Below are positions 29,907 to 39,829 of a stretch of 64,000 nucleotides of DNA, piece by piece (position 1 is the first letter of the stretch; each line of letters begins with the position of its first letter). The notes under the pieces were generated by a model. It had not been told where the DNA came from. It worked only from the letters and a program-made list of their open reading frames with translations, and did no database searches. The translations under genes were made by a program, and so were the position numbers. The stretch is from Candidatus Latescibacterota bacterium (lineage in GTDB: Bacteria > Latescibacterota > UBA2968 > GCA-2709665). The stretch spans positions 5,248,001 to 5,312,000 of the forward strand of contig OZ250150.1 of NCBI GenBank assembly GCA_965237675.1, given 5' to 3'.

Positions 29907-30665
29907 ATGGCCGGCAGCATCAAGCTCAGAGTATGCGAGACCGACGCCGAAGTTGCAACGGAAGCGACCAACACGATTGCAAATCTGATCCGAGTCAGGC
30001 CGGATGCGGTGATCGGACTGGCAACCGGATCCACACCGGAACAGACGTATGCCGGACTCGCCGACTTGCACCGTAAGGAGGGTCTCGGATTTGCGAAGGT
30101 CACCACGTTCAACCTGGACGAATACTGGGGGCTGGACGGCGATCACGACCAGAGCTACCGTTATTTCATGAAAGAACACTTGTTTCGTCAAATCGACATC
30201 CGCCCCTGGAATACCCACGTCTTGAACGGTACCGCCGCCAATCCCGAGTTGGAATGCCTTGCATTCGAAACCAAGATCCGCGCTGCGGGCGGCATAGACC
30301 TTTGGCTGCTCGGCATTGGCACCAACGGTCACATCGCGTTCAACGAACCCGGCAGCCCCGTCGACAGCCGCACGCGCCTCGTCAACCTCGCCCCGAGCAC
30401 GATCGAGGCGAACAGCGACGGGCGCTTCTTCAAAGACGCAGGAGAAGTCCCCCGATTCGCCCTCTCGGCGGGGATTGGCACCATCCGGGAAGCCAGGGGC
30501 ATTGTCCTGCTGGCCACTGGGACCCAAAAGGCCGCCGCCGTTGCCCAGGCCCTGGAAGGGCCGCCTTCAACGGACTGCCCTGCCAGCCTGCTTCAGAGCC
30601 ACCAGGACTGCACATTTATCGTGGACCCCGACGCGGCTTCAAAACTGGAATCTCGTCAGGTCTGA
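29907..30665 (+). CDS. nagB: Glucosamine-6-phosphate deaminase
   Basis: GLATGSTP, TFNLDEY, LLGIGTNGHIAFNEPGS, CPASLLQ.H. Confidence 0.95.
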   Translation: MAGSIKLRVCETDAEVATEATNTIANLIRVRPDAVIGLATGSTPEQTYAGLADLHRKEGLGFAKVTTFNLDEYWGLDGDHDQSYRYFMKEHLFRQIDIRPWNTHVLNGTAANPELECLAFETKIRAAGGIDLWLLGIGTNGHIAFNEPGSPVDSRTRLVNLAPSTIEANSDGRFFKDAGEVPRFALSAGIGTIREARGIVLLATGTQKAAAVAQALEGPPSTDCPASLLQSHQDCTFIVDPDAASKLESRQV

Positions 30666-30740
30666 ATGACCAGACCACTCGCCGCCCTGTGCCAAGATGG
30701 GGAATTCTTCCAACTTTCTGGAATTTTCATGGAGCGCCAA

Positions 30741-30986
30741 ATGGATCGTGGAGAGATCAAGACAGGCGTGTACCGGGTCACATCCCGGGTTCTAAAAATC
30801 GACCCGTCGGAAGTCGGAGACCATCAGAACTTCACGGCGGATCTGGGCGCCGAATCCGTACAATCCGTAGAACTCATGGCTGGTTTTGAAGAGGAATTCG
30901 ATATAGAAATGGACGAAGATGAAGCCCTGGCCGTGCAAACCGTGGGTGGCGCCATCGACTTCATCGCGCTGTACGTAAACCGTTGA
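30741..30986 (+). CDS. Acyl carrier protein (atypical LGAESVQ motif)
   Basis: FTADLGAESVQSVELMAGFEEEFDIEM.EDEA..VQTVG.AIDFI; acidic, 81 aa. Confidence 0.85.
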   Translation: MDRGEIKTGVYRVTSRVLKIDPSEVGDHQNFTADLGAESVQSVELMAGFEEEFDIEMDEDEALAVQTVGGAIDFIALYVNR

Positions 30987-31027
30987 TACCTGAAAAGTTA
31001 TCCCCGACCACGCCAGGAGCGTAAGCC

Positions 31028-32419
31028 ATGAGAACAGGAGACCTGACCGAAGTCACCGAGCCGAACCTCCTCGACGAGCAGTTCGACTACAACCTGCCCC
31101 CAAAAATTCTGTTTGACGGCCCCATCTACGAAGAAATCGGAGACCGGCTCGTCAGATTCGACCCGGAGGAAGCCCTCGCGCGCGACCTCGTCATCACCGA
31201 TACCACCTTTCGTGACGGCCAACAGGCCCGCCCGCCCTATACAGTGGAACAGCAGGTCAAACTCTACGATATGATGGCCAGGCTCGGCGGGCCGAACGGC
31301 ATCATCCGCCAGACCGAGTTCTTCCTCTACACCAAAAACGATCGGCGCACCCTGGAAGAATGCCGTGCGCTCGGACATCGTTTTCCAGAAATAACCTCCT
31401 GGATCCGCGCCGACAAGGGCGACTTTCGCCTGGTCAAGGAAGCCGGCGTCAAAGAAACCGGGATGCTCACGCCCAGTTCCGACTATCACATCTTCTACAA
31501 GCTCAAGAAAGACCGTCGGAAAGCATTCAACGACTACCTGGAAGTCGTCGAAGCCGCCTGGGAATCCGGCATTCGGCCACGGTGTCACCTGGAGGACGTC
31601 ACACGGGCGGACATCGAAGGCTACGTCCTGCCATTCGTCCGGGAACTGATGCGCCGTTCAGAGCAGGTGCCACCGGAACTGCGCGCCAAAATACGGCTCT
31701 GCGACACCATGGGTTTCGGGGTCAGCTATCCCGGCGCAAGCCTTCCGCGCTCCATCCCCAAACTGGTCTACCGGATGACCAACGACGGCGGGGTTCCGCA
31801 CGATTGCCTTGAATGGCACGGGCACAACGATTTCCACAAAGTTCACGTTAACGGCGCGACCGCATGGCTTTACGGCTGCAATGCACTCAACACGACCTTG
31901 TTCGGTTTCGGCGAACGCACAGGCAACCCTCCCCTCGAAGGAGCAATACTCGAATACATCGGCCTGCGCGGGGACCTGTGCGGCATAGATACCCTGATGA
32001 TCCAGGAAATGGCCGACTACATGCGCTCTATCGGCGTAGACATCGCTCCCAACTACCCATTTGTGGGTAGAGATTTCAACACCACGCGGGCCGGCATCCA
32101 CGCGGGCGGACTGCGTTCCGATGAACGCATCTACAATATTTTTGATACAACCACCCTGTTCGGACGCCCACCCCGGGTGGCGATAACGGACAAAACCGGC
32201 GTCGACGGGGTTGCCCTCTGGGTCAATGAGTTCCTGGGTCTCAAGGGCAACGCCCGGCTCAGCAAAATCAAAGTGCATAAGATCGCCCGCTGGGTTATGG
32301 ATCAGTACGAAGTTCACGGCCGAATGAGCGCAATTACGGACGAGGAACTGGAAGAACAGGTCAAGATCAACCTGCCGGATCGGTACGCAGCCTTTCACGC
32401 CGGCCGCAAAGCCAGCTGA
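31028..32419 (+). CDS. Re-citrate synthase-type DRE-TIM metallolyase (LeuA/HCS superfamily)
   Basis: ITDTTFRDGQQARPPYT, LGGPNG.IRQTEFFLY, RCHLED.TRAD, EWHGHNDF, GERTGN, TRAGIHA. Confidence 0.85.
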   Translation: MRTGDLTEVTEPNLLDEQFDYNLPPKILFDGPIYEEIGDRLVRFDPEEALARDLVITDTTFRDGQQARPPYTVEQQVKLYDMMARLGGPNGIIRQTEFFLYTKNDRRTLEECRALGHRFPEITSWIRADKGDFRLVKEAGVKETGMLTPSSDYHIFYKLKKDRRKAFNDYLEVVEAAWESGIRPRCHLEDVTRADIEGYVLPFVRELMRRSEQVPPELRAKIRLCDTMGFGVSYPGASLPRSIPKLVYRMTNDGGVPHDCLEWHGHNDFHKVHVNGATAWLYGCNALNTTLFGFGERTGNPPLEGAILEYIGLRGDLCGIDTLMIQEMADYMRSIGVDIAPNYPFVGRDFNTTRAGIHAGGLRSDERIYNIFDTTTLFGRPPRVAITDKTGVDGVALWVNEFLGLKGNARLSKIKVHKIARWVMDQYEVHGRMSAITDEELEEQVKINLPDRYAAFHAGRKAS

Positions 32420-32462
32420 TCCGCCCGTTGCGCCGTATTTTTCCGTCTTCTGGCGACATATC

Positions 32463-33482
32463 GTGACGACCCGCACCGTCTCCCATACCACACTCAACGC
32501 CTTCTGCGTTGACCTCCTCAAAGCGGCGGATGTACCTGAATCCGACGCCAGAATCACGGCCCGCGTCCAGGTTGAAGCAGACCTCCGCGGCGTACATTCC
32601 CATGGTGCGCGAGCCATCGCGGGCTACATCCGCCAGATCCTAAAAGGCGAGATCAACCCAAAGGCGCAGCCCCGTGTCCTGAGAGAGGGCGCCGCATATG
32701 TCCATATCGACGCGGACAACGCCCTCGGACAGGTGGCCGCATATAAGGCTATGAAGCGCGCCATCCATAGAGCCGAAGGGGCAGGCATCGGGATGGCCGC
32801 CGTTCGAAATACCAATCACTACGGGGCCGCGGCCTACTATGCCAACATGGCGGCTGAGGCGGGTATGGTGGGCTTCAACACCACCGGAGGACGCAAAAAC
32901 CGGGGAAACATGGCGCCGTACGGCAGCATCGAACCTGCCATCGGGAACGCGCCCTTCGCTTACGGCGTCCCCGCCGGCCGTGAACGCCCCATCATCCTCG
33001 ACATGGCCACCGGCGTGGTTGCCGCCGGAAAAATCGGCATCGCACGGGACCGCGGCCAGAAAATCCCCCTCGGCTGGGCTCTGGACGCGGCGGGCCAACC
33101 CACGGACGACCCCGAGGAAGCGCGAATTGTGGTACCACTGGGGCCGAAAGGATCGGGTCTCGCCATCGTGATGCAATGCATCGGCGGCATCCTCGCCGGC
33201 GCCGCATTTCCGGACGTCGAAAAGTTCGGCTATCTCTTCATCGCGATCGACGTATCCACGTTTGCGGATCCCGAATCTTTCAGAACAGAAGTCGATGCCC
33301 GTATTCAGACTGTCCGCGAGGCCAAACCCGCATCCGGCGTCGATCGCGTCTACTACCCGGGAGAACCGGAATGGATCACGCGCGAGCGCTACCTCGAATA
33401 CGGCATCCCCATGCTTCTTCCGCACGTGACCGACCTGGAATCCGTCGCTGCCCAACTCGGCGTCTCGAAGCGATTGGGATGA
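32463..33482 (+). CDS. Ldh_2 family (malate/L-lactate/ureidoglycolate-type) oxidoreductase
   Basis: ADLRGVHSHG, NHYGAA, IGNAP, LDMAT, KGSGLA, YYPGE. Confidence 0.88.
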   Translation: MTTRTVSHTTLNAFCVDLLKAADVPESDARITARVQVEADLRGVHSHGARAIAGYIRQILKGEINPKAQPRVLREGAAYVHIDADNALGQVAAYKAMKRAIHRAEGAGIGMAAVRNTNHYGAAAYYANMAAEAGMVGFNTTGGRKNRGNMAPYGSIEPAIGNAPFAYGVPAGRERPIILDMATGVVAAGKIGIARDRGQKIPLGWALDAAGQPTDDPEEARIVVPLGPKGSGLAIVMQCIGGILAGAAFPDVEKFGYLFIAIDVSTFADPESFRTEVDARIQTVREAKPASGVDRVYYPGEPEWITRERYLEYGIPMLLPHVTDLESVAAQLGVSKRLG

Positions 33483-33568
33483 CAATCCCGGGGCGGACCC
33501 GCCGTTGGACGTGAAGTCAGATATGTCCGAGCCGTCGTAAAGGCCCCTCACCGCTTTGTCAATGACCG

Positions 33569-34303
33569 ATGGACATCCTCGTCCTGACAGCCACCGCTTT
33601 CGAGCAGGAGACGCTCCGCCGGTGCATTGCGCACCGGACAACCCGGACCTTCGCCTACCGCGCACGCACGGAGGGCAACCTGGGGACCCGCCGCGTTGTC
33701 CTGATCGAAACCGGTATCGGCGCCGTCAATACGTCCCAGGCGCTGACCGCCGCTCTGGAAACCGGCCGGCCCGACTTCGTGCTGCAAATCGGCGTCGGCG
33801 GCGCATACGCCGGCTCGAAGCTGAACGTCGGCGACATTGCCGTCGCCACCGAAGAGAACGACGGGGAACTGGGGATCCTCACCCCGGACGGCTGGCTGCC
33901 GGCAGATACCATCGGCATCCCCGTCCTTGGCAGGAACCGGAACCACTACAACACCTTTCCGATTGACACAACCCTGGCTGGAAGCGCAATAACCCACATC
34001 CTCAACGCCTCGTGGCCGCATCCGGCGCCCGCCGTACACTCCGGCCCTTTTGTTACCGTACAACAATGCAGCGGCCTTGCCGCCAGGGGCAGCGAACTCG
34101 CCGCCCGTTTCAACGCCATCTGCGAGAGTATGGAAGGCGCGGCCGCCGCGCATCTCTGCACGCTCTACGAGGTTCCTTTCGTCGAACTGCGAGGCATCAG
34201 CAACCTCGTTGAAGACCGCAACCCCGCCGCCTGGAAGCTCCCGCTGGCATCCAGGAATGCGCAACAGGCTGCCCGCGCGCTGGTAGAAAACCTGAGACCC
34301 TGA
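33569..34303 (+). CDS. mqnB: Futalosine hydrolase
   Basis: PNP/UDP fold TGIGAVN, GVGGAY, CESMEGAAAA, ELRGISNLVEDRN...WKL; adjacent to mqnD. Confidence 0.85.
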   Translation: MDILVLTATAFEQETLRRCIAHRTTRTFAYRARTEGNLGTRRVVLIETGIGAVNTSQALTAALETGRPDFVLQIGVGGAYAGSKLNVGDIAVATEENDGELGILTPDGWLPADTIGIPVLGRNRNHYNTFPIDTTLAGSAITHILNASWPHPAPAVHSGPFVTVQQCSGLAARGSELAARFNAICESMEGAAAAHLCTLYEVPFVELRGISNLVEDRNPAAWKLPLASRNAQQAARALVENLRP

Positions 34304-34451
34304 ACCACCGGAAATCTCACCCGGACCCGGCGCACACCATCGCTCGGGTTCTCCTGACGCAAAGCCGAGGGGGACGGTCCGGAAAACCGCTTCAGGCGGC
34401 GATTGCATCGCCTTCGGCCATTGTTGGCGCTTCGCCCATCCCGAGGATCCT

Positions 34452-35285
34452 ATGGCTCCCGTTTCGCTCGGCTACTCTCCCAGCCCGAACGACACCTACA
34501 TCTTCTACGGCCTCGCCCATGGAGAGATCACGGGCGCGCCCCGGTTTGAGCCGGTTCTCGAAGACATAGAAACCCTCAACAGAATGGCCCTGGATGGGCG
34601 GCTGGACGTCACCAAGGTCTCCTTTCACGCCCTGGGCCACCTGCGAAACCGGTACTGCCTCCTCCATTCGGGCGGCGCCCTTGGCAGGGGCTGCGGCCCG
34701 CTCGTCGTTGCTGCCAGGCCCCTTCATCCCTCGGATTTGACCGGCGAAAGAATCGCGATTCCCGGAAAGCTGACCACCGCGGCCCTGCTGCTGCGCCTGT
34801 TCGATCCATCCTTCGACGACCTCGTGGTTCTGCCGTACCACCGCATCATGGACGCCGTGCGAAGTGGCGAAGTCAGCGCGGGACTCATCATTCACGAGAG
34901 CCGTTTTACCTTTCCCGACTTCGGATTGCACGAAGTAATCGATCTGGGCGAATGGTGGGAACAGACCACAGGCCACCCCATCCCGCTCGGTGGCATCCTT
35001 GCACGACGGGATCTGGGTACCGGCCTGATCCGGGCCATTGACAAAGCTGTACGAAAAAGCGTTGAATACGCCCATACGCATGCCAACCGGGTCCGGCGCG
35101 AGATCGGCCGGCACGCCCCGGAAATCGGCGCACCCGTCGTGCAACATCACATTGACCTCTATGTCAACGCCTACACTCAGGACTACGGTCCTGCCGGCCG
35201 GGCCGCCATTACCGACCTCGTCGCCCGCGCCGAAACCGCTCGCATTATTCCCGCATCGGACAGATCTCTCTTTATCGATGAGTAA
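34452..35285 (+). CDS. mqnD: 1,4-dihydroxy-6-naphthoate synthase
   Basis: LGYSPSPNDT, GGALGRGCGP, LIIHESRFT, DLGEWWE, HIDLYVN. Confidence 0.93.
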   Translation: MAPVSLGYSPSPNDTYIFYGLAHGEITGAPRFEPVLEDIETLNRMALDGRLDVTKVSFHALGHLRNRYCLLHSGGALGRGCGPLVVAARPLHPSDLTGERIAIPGKLTTAALLLRLFDPSFDDLVVLPYHRIMDAVRSGEVSAGLIIHESRFTFPDFGLHEVIDLGEWWEQTTGHPIPLGGILARRDLGTGLIRAIDKAVRKSVEYAHTHANRVRREIGRHAPEIGAPVVQHHIDLYVNAYTQDYGPAGRAAITDLVARAETARIIPASDRSLFIDE

Positions 35286-35303
35286 GTGAAAGGAGCCGCT
35301 CCA

Positions 35304-36209
35304 ATGTCAAAACCCAGGATCGGATTCATCGGACTCGGGATTATGGGAAAGCCCATGTCCGGACACCTGCTTCAAGCCGGTTACGACGTCGTCGTGCACA
35401 ACCGCAGCCGGGAACCCGTGGCCGAACTGGTTGACGCCGGCGCGCGGGAAGCCCATTCACCGAAAGAGGCGGCCGAAAACAGCGCCATCATCATCACCAT
35501 GCTGCCCGACTCGCCGGACGTGGAGGAAGTCGCCCTCGGACCCGGCGGCGTTATCGAAGGCGCCAGCGAAGGTGACATCTACATCGACATGAGCACCATC
35601 GCGCCCAGCGTTGCCCTCAAGGTCGGCAGGGCAATGGCCGAAAAAGGCGTTCACTGCCTGGATGCCCCCGTAAGCGGCGGCGACGTGGGAGCGCGGAATG
35701 CCACCCTTTCTATAATGGTGGGCGGCGAAGAGACCATATTCAACACCGTACACCCCATCTTCGCGGCGTTGGGTCAGAATATCGTGCTCTGCGGTCCCCT
35801 GGGCGCCGGACAGACCGTGAAAGCCTGCAACCAGGTTCTGGTTGCCGTCACCATTGCCGGGGTGTCAGAAGCGCTGACCCTCGGCGCCAAGGCGGGCGTC
35901 GACCCGGCAAACATCGTACAGGTCCTGAGCGGGGGCCTTGCCCGCTGCGGCGTACTCGAGAACCGGGGCGAACGCATGGTCAACGGAGACTTCGACCCCG
36001 GCTTCCGCATCCGACTTCACTACAAAGATCTCAACATCATCATGAAAACCGGCAGCGACTACAATGTGCCGCTGCCGGTTACGAGCATCGTTCACGAACT
36101 GTTCAACCTGGCGCTGGCCAAAGGCCGGGGCGAACTGGATCACTCCGGCCTGCTGACCGTCATTGAAGACCTGGCCGGTGTCCAGGCCCGGACCGCCCGA
36201 CCGCGCTGA
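35304..36209 (+). CDS. garR: 2-hydroxy-3-oxopropionate (tartronate semialdehyde) reductase
   Basis: IGFIGLGIMGKPM, MLPDSPDV, LDAPVSGG, GQTVKACNQ, FDPGFRIRLHYKDL. Confidence 0.8.
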   Translation: MSKPRIGFIGLGIMGKPMSGHLLQAGYDVVVHNRSREPVAELVDAGAREAHSPKEAAENSAIIITMLPDSPDVEEVALGPGGVIEGASEGDIYIDMSTIAPSVALKVGRAMAEKGVHCLDAPVSGGDVGARNATLSIMVGGEETIFNTVHPIFAALGQNIVLCGPLGAGQTVKACNQVLVAVTIAGVSEALTLGAKAGVDPANIVQVLSGGLARCGVLENRGERMVNGDFDPGFRIRLHYKDLNIIMKTGSDYNVPLPVTSIVHELFNLALAKGRGELDHSGLLTVIEDLAGVQARTARPR

Positions 36210-36216
36210 CGCGCCC

Positions 36217-36786
36217 TCACGCCGTCCAGCGCATCACGTCGCGTAAGGGCTTTCGCTTGGGCGCAGGAATCTCCCTCGGATACCCCATATAGAAGAAGCC
36301 GACGATATACTCCCGCTCCCGGTCCACGCCGAGCAACTCGTACGTGTCTATCTGCATTGTAATGGGTCCTGTACTCCACTGCATGCCCACCCCCAATTCC
36401 CATGCCGCAAGCTGCACGTTCTGCATTGCGCAGCAGACCGCCGCATAATCCTCCCGCCGCTGCTGCTCGTCTCCCTCCTGAACACAGGACACCGCCGCAA
36501 TGGCGGGCTTGGACATAAACTTGACGTAACCCGCCTGCCAGAGCTTCTTCCGGATCTCTTTATCGGCATCGCCGGGCGCCTTGCCCTCCTGGAGTTCCGC
36601 ATATCGCCGTCCCAACGTCTCTTTTGTCCGTTCCCCGAGAACGATAAAACGCCACGGCTCCGTGACATGGTGATTCGGTGCCCACAGCCCGAACTCGAAA
36701 ATGCGCGTCAGCGTCTCTTCGGACACGGGCCTGGAACTGAACTTGAAGATTGTCCGCCGCGACCTCAATACATCGAGAACATCCAT
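36217..36786 (-). CDS. Nitroreductase family (YdjA-like)
   Basis: RRTIFKF, WAPNHHVTEPWRF, MQNVQLAAWELGVG..WST. Confidence 0.88.
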   Translation of the reverse strand: MDVLDVLRSRRTIFKFSSRPVSEETLTRIFEFGLWAPNHHVTEPWRFIVLGERTKETLGRRYAELQEGKAPGDADKEIRKKLWQAGYVKFMSKPAIAAVSCVQEGDEQQRREDYAAVCCAMQNVQLAAWELGVGMQWSTGPITMQIDTYELLGVDREREYIVGFFYMGYPREIPAPKRKPLRDVMRWTA

Positions 36787-36864
36787 CCCGACCCTCCACA
36801 AATTGGACAAGCGCAGAGCCCGCACCGGATGACGGTCATCCACGGGCCTGTGAAGACCGCGTCG

Positions 36865-38112
36865 TTATACCCCCTGCCCCAGCAACACCTCCGTGACCTT
36901 CCGAACCGCCCGGGCCGCGGCATTCGCCTCGCCCACGGTATTGTGCTGGGTCATCCGAACCGCACCGACACGTTCGCCGTAGGTTCTGGCATTCGGACAC
37001 GCCTCGAGCGGATACGCACCCTTTTTGAGGCGGCCGGGCCTATAGCTGTTGAACACCGCCGGATCCCGGTGCAGTCTTCGGAACACTTGCCACTCCACCA
37101 CGTACCGCTGGGGGTTCGCGAATGCCGGAATGCCTTCAGCCGCGACCATACGACAAAAGGCCTCCGCATTCACGCCCAGCACCTCCGGGTCTACGGAAAA
37201 CAGCGCCCACCAGTAGCTGGGATTTGAACCGGCCGGCTGCGGATGGGGTTTGACCCCCGTCAGCCCCGAGATCCCCCGATCAAACGCCTGGCCGAACGCC
37301 TGGCGCCCGGCAATCCACCCCGGCACCCGCTTCAGTTGCACCGATGCCATCGCGGCGTTTACATCGCTTAACCGCACGTTTAATGCCGGAAAAGCGGGTG
37401 TCGCGGGCGCTCCCGGGAATCTCGGATAGCATTTGTCGGAAAACAGATCCGCCGTTTCGGCCAGTTTTCGCCGGCGGGTCAGAACAAACCCACCCTCACC
37501 CGACTTCATATGTTTGCTCTCGTTTGTGCTCCATGCGCCAAGTTGCCCGAACGTGCCGAGATACCTGCCTTTGATGGATGCCAGATGCGCCTGTGCGCAA
37601 TCCTCGATGACGACCAGCCGGTGCCGGCGGGCAACCCTCATCACCGCGGGCATATCCACCGCGTACCCCCCGTTATGGATTGGCATAATCGCTCGGGTAA
37701 ACGGGGTGATTGACGCTTCCATTGCCGCGACGTCCATCAGCAGCCCGTCCGGCTGCACATCGGCAAAAACCGGGATCGCGTTCAACTGAAAAATCCCAAT
37801 AATGCTGCCATAGTCGGTCAGCGGGCTCAATATCACCTCGTCTCCAGCGCCGATTCCCGCCGCGGCCAACGCCACGTGGATAGCTGCGCTCCCCGAACTC
37901 GTCGGCACCGCATAGGGCAACCCGTAGAGCTTCTGCAACCCCTCGCGGTAAGCCATTACGGCCTTGCCTCGGGCCAGCGGCAGCGCCGGACCGGCAAGCA
38001 GCTTCTCCAGCGCCGCCAGTTCCTCCGTGAAGTGGAACGCTCCGGAACGCCACGGCTTGCCGTGTACCGGCCTGCCGCCGTGGATCGCCAGATCGGATTT
38101 CCTCGTACCCAT
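36865..38112 (-). CDS. DegT/DnrJ/EryC1/StrS PLP aminotransferase
   Basis: SSGSAAIH, GDEVI, IEDCAQAH, STNESKHMKSGEGG. Confidence 0.9.
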   Translation of the reverse strand: MGTRKSDLAIHGGRPVHGKPWRSGAFHFTEELAALEKLLAGPALPLARGKAVMAYREGLQKLYGLPYAVPTSSGSAAIHVALAAAGIGAGDEVILSPLTDYGSIIGIFQLNAIPVFADVQPDGLLMDVAAMEASITPFTRAIMPIHNGGYAVDMPAVMRVARRHRLVVIEDCAQAHLASIKGRYLGTFGQLGAWSTNESKHMKSGEGGFVLTRRRKLAETADLFSDKCYPRFPGAPATPAFPALNVRLSDVNAAMASVQLKRVPGWIAGRQAFGQAFDRGISGLTGVKPHPQPAGSNPSYWWALFSVDPEVLGVNAEAFCRMVAAEGIPAFANPQRYVVEWQVFRRLHRDPAVFNSYRPGRLKKGAYPLEACPNARTYGERVGAVRMTQHNTVGEANAAARAVRKVTEVLLGQGV

Positions 38113-38173
38113 TTTCAGCCCGCCCTCCTTGAATGATGAACCGCAATAAAGCGGGGGCGCGCAGCCCCGGCTT

Positions 38174-39280
38174 CTAGTTCCCGCCTGAAACCGCGTACCG
38201 TTCCAGCACTTCTCTGTCGATCTCGATTCCCAGACCCGGATGCTGTATCACCGGCACGTACCCGTCTACGGCCAGGATTGGTTCTTTGGCGAGTTCAGTA
38301 CGCAGCCGGTTCTCCGTCATGTCGAATTCGAACAACGACGGAAAGGAATTCAACGTATCCGGCGCATCCGGCAGGGTTGCCTGCCAGTGTATCGTGGCAG
38401 CCAGACGAATACTGGTTCCCCACATGTGGGGCAACACCCGCACATGGTTGGCGCTTGCCAGCGCCGCAATTTTCCGGCACTCGGTAAAACCGCCGGCATC
38501 GCTGATATCCGGCTGCACGATATCCACTCCCCGTTCCTGGATCAGGTTGCGAAACGCCCACCGGCCCTGGAGCGCCTCGCCTCCGGCAACGCGCACCCTC
38601 AACGCCTGACGGATCTCGCGGTAGCCTGCCACGTCGTCCGTCGAAATCGGTTCCTCGAACCAGAGAAGATCGTTGTCCAGGAGCCGGCGCCCGACGTCGA
38701 TCGCAGTACCGGTATCGTAGCCGCAATTGGCATCCACCGCCAGCAGAATCGAATCGCCGACCGCCCCGCGCACGGCCGCGACGTTTTTGACATCGTAATC
38801 CACGCCGAATCCGATCTTCATCTTCACCGCCCGAAACCCCAGTTCCGCGTACGACCCCGCCTCTTCTATCAACGAACCGGTCATATCGGCCTTCCGCTGC
38901 TTGAACAACCCGCTGGCGTAGGCAGGTATCCGGTCCCGGAACGCACCGCCCAGAAGCCGGTAGATCGGCATCTCGAGGGCCCTGCCCGCAATATCCCACA
39001 GCGCGATATCCACGGCGCTCATCTCCGAAAAACCGACCCCGCCCCGCAGATACAGATCGTTCCAGATGACTTCGATATCAAATGGATCGCGCCCCACAAG
39101 CCGCGCCCGAAGCGCCGTCTCGTTCAGATCCGACACCCCTTCGCCCCAACCCGTGGGGCCGGCGTCGGTAATGACCTCTATCACACCGGCCGTACGTGCC
39201 GTATTCCACGCAATCGAATTCGCGAACGGCTCTTCGAGCGGGTACCGGAGATTATAGACTTTGACGTCGGTGATCTTCAT
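38174..39280 (-). CDS. Mandelate racemase/muconate lactonizing family enzyme
   Basis: DIALWDI.G, AYASG, KMKIG, VDAN, WFEEP, GE, QPD, PHMWG. Confidence 0.9.
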   Translation of the reverse strand: MKITDVKVYNLRYPLEEPFANSIAWNTARTAGVIEVITDAGPTGWGEGVSDLNETALRARLVGRDPFDIEVIWNDLYLRGGVGFSEMSAVDIALWDIAGRALEMPIYRLLGGAFRDRIPAYASGLFKQRKADMTGSLIEEAGSYAELGFRAVKMKIGFGVDYDVKNVAAVRGAVGDSILLAVDANCGYDTGTAIDVGRRLLDNDLLWFEEPISTDDVAGYREIRQALRVRVAGGEALQGRWAFRNLIQERGVDIVQPDISDAGGFTECRKIAALASANHVRVLPHMWGTSIRLAATIHWQATLPDAPDTLNSFPSLFEFDMTENRLRTELAKEPILAVDGYVPVIQHPGLGIEIDREVLERYAVSGGN

Positions 39281-39763
39281 TCGGATCTACCGCTCTGTTT
39301 CAACGTTTTGGACATGCGGCGGTTGTATTCCACCGCGTGGGGAAACCGGCTCGCCAGATGGTCCAGGGATTCGGAGATTTCACACTCGCACGCCGAGGCC
39401 GCGTACGGCAACGTTCCGGTGGTGCGAAACCGTTCGCCCGCCGGACCGCCGCCGCCGGTCTTCAGGCTCGAGGTAGGGCCATAGCAGTTTCAGCCCCGCC
39501 TCCTCAAAACCTGTGGTAGCCGGATATTCCTCATGCATGCCGTACAGGGCTGCCAGCCGACTCACGACGGCCGCCCAATCCGGTCCGACGTCGTCCCGGG
39601 ACGGATGCCGTTTCCCGTCAAAAAAGGGCGTGTTGCGATAGATATTCACCCGCTTGTTCACCACGTCGGCGAAGGGTTCCGCCTCTGTTCTCACCACCCG
39701 CCATACGTACCAGAGGGAGAGCTTCGTGAATCCCGTCACATAGCGATAACGAATCGATTCCAT
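39277..39763 (-). pseudogene. Frameshifted or internally deleted hypothetical gene
   Basis: N-terminal ORF (MESIRYRY..LWPYLEP); a second frame from about 39460 (ERFRTTGTLPY..CECEI..LDHL) ends in TGA overlapping the next gene's ATG (ATGA). Confidence 0.45.
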
Positions 39764-39829
39764 ACGGAGTGCCGAATATGCAGCTTCCATTCGATAACGC
39801 GCGACGGAAAGCGCGTGAAACGTGGCGCC

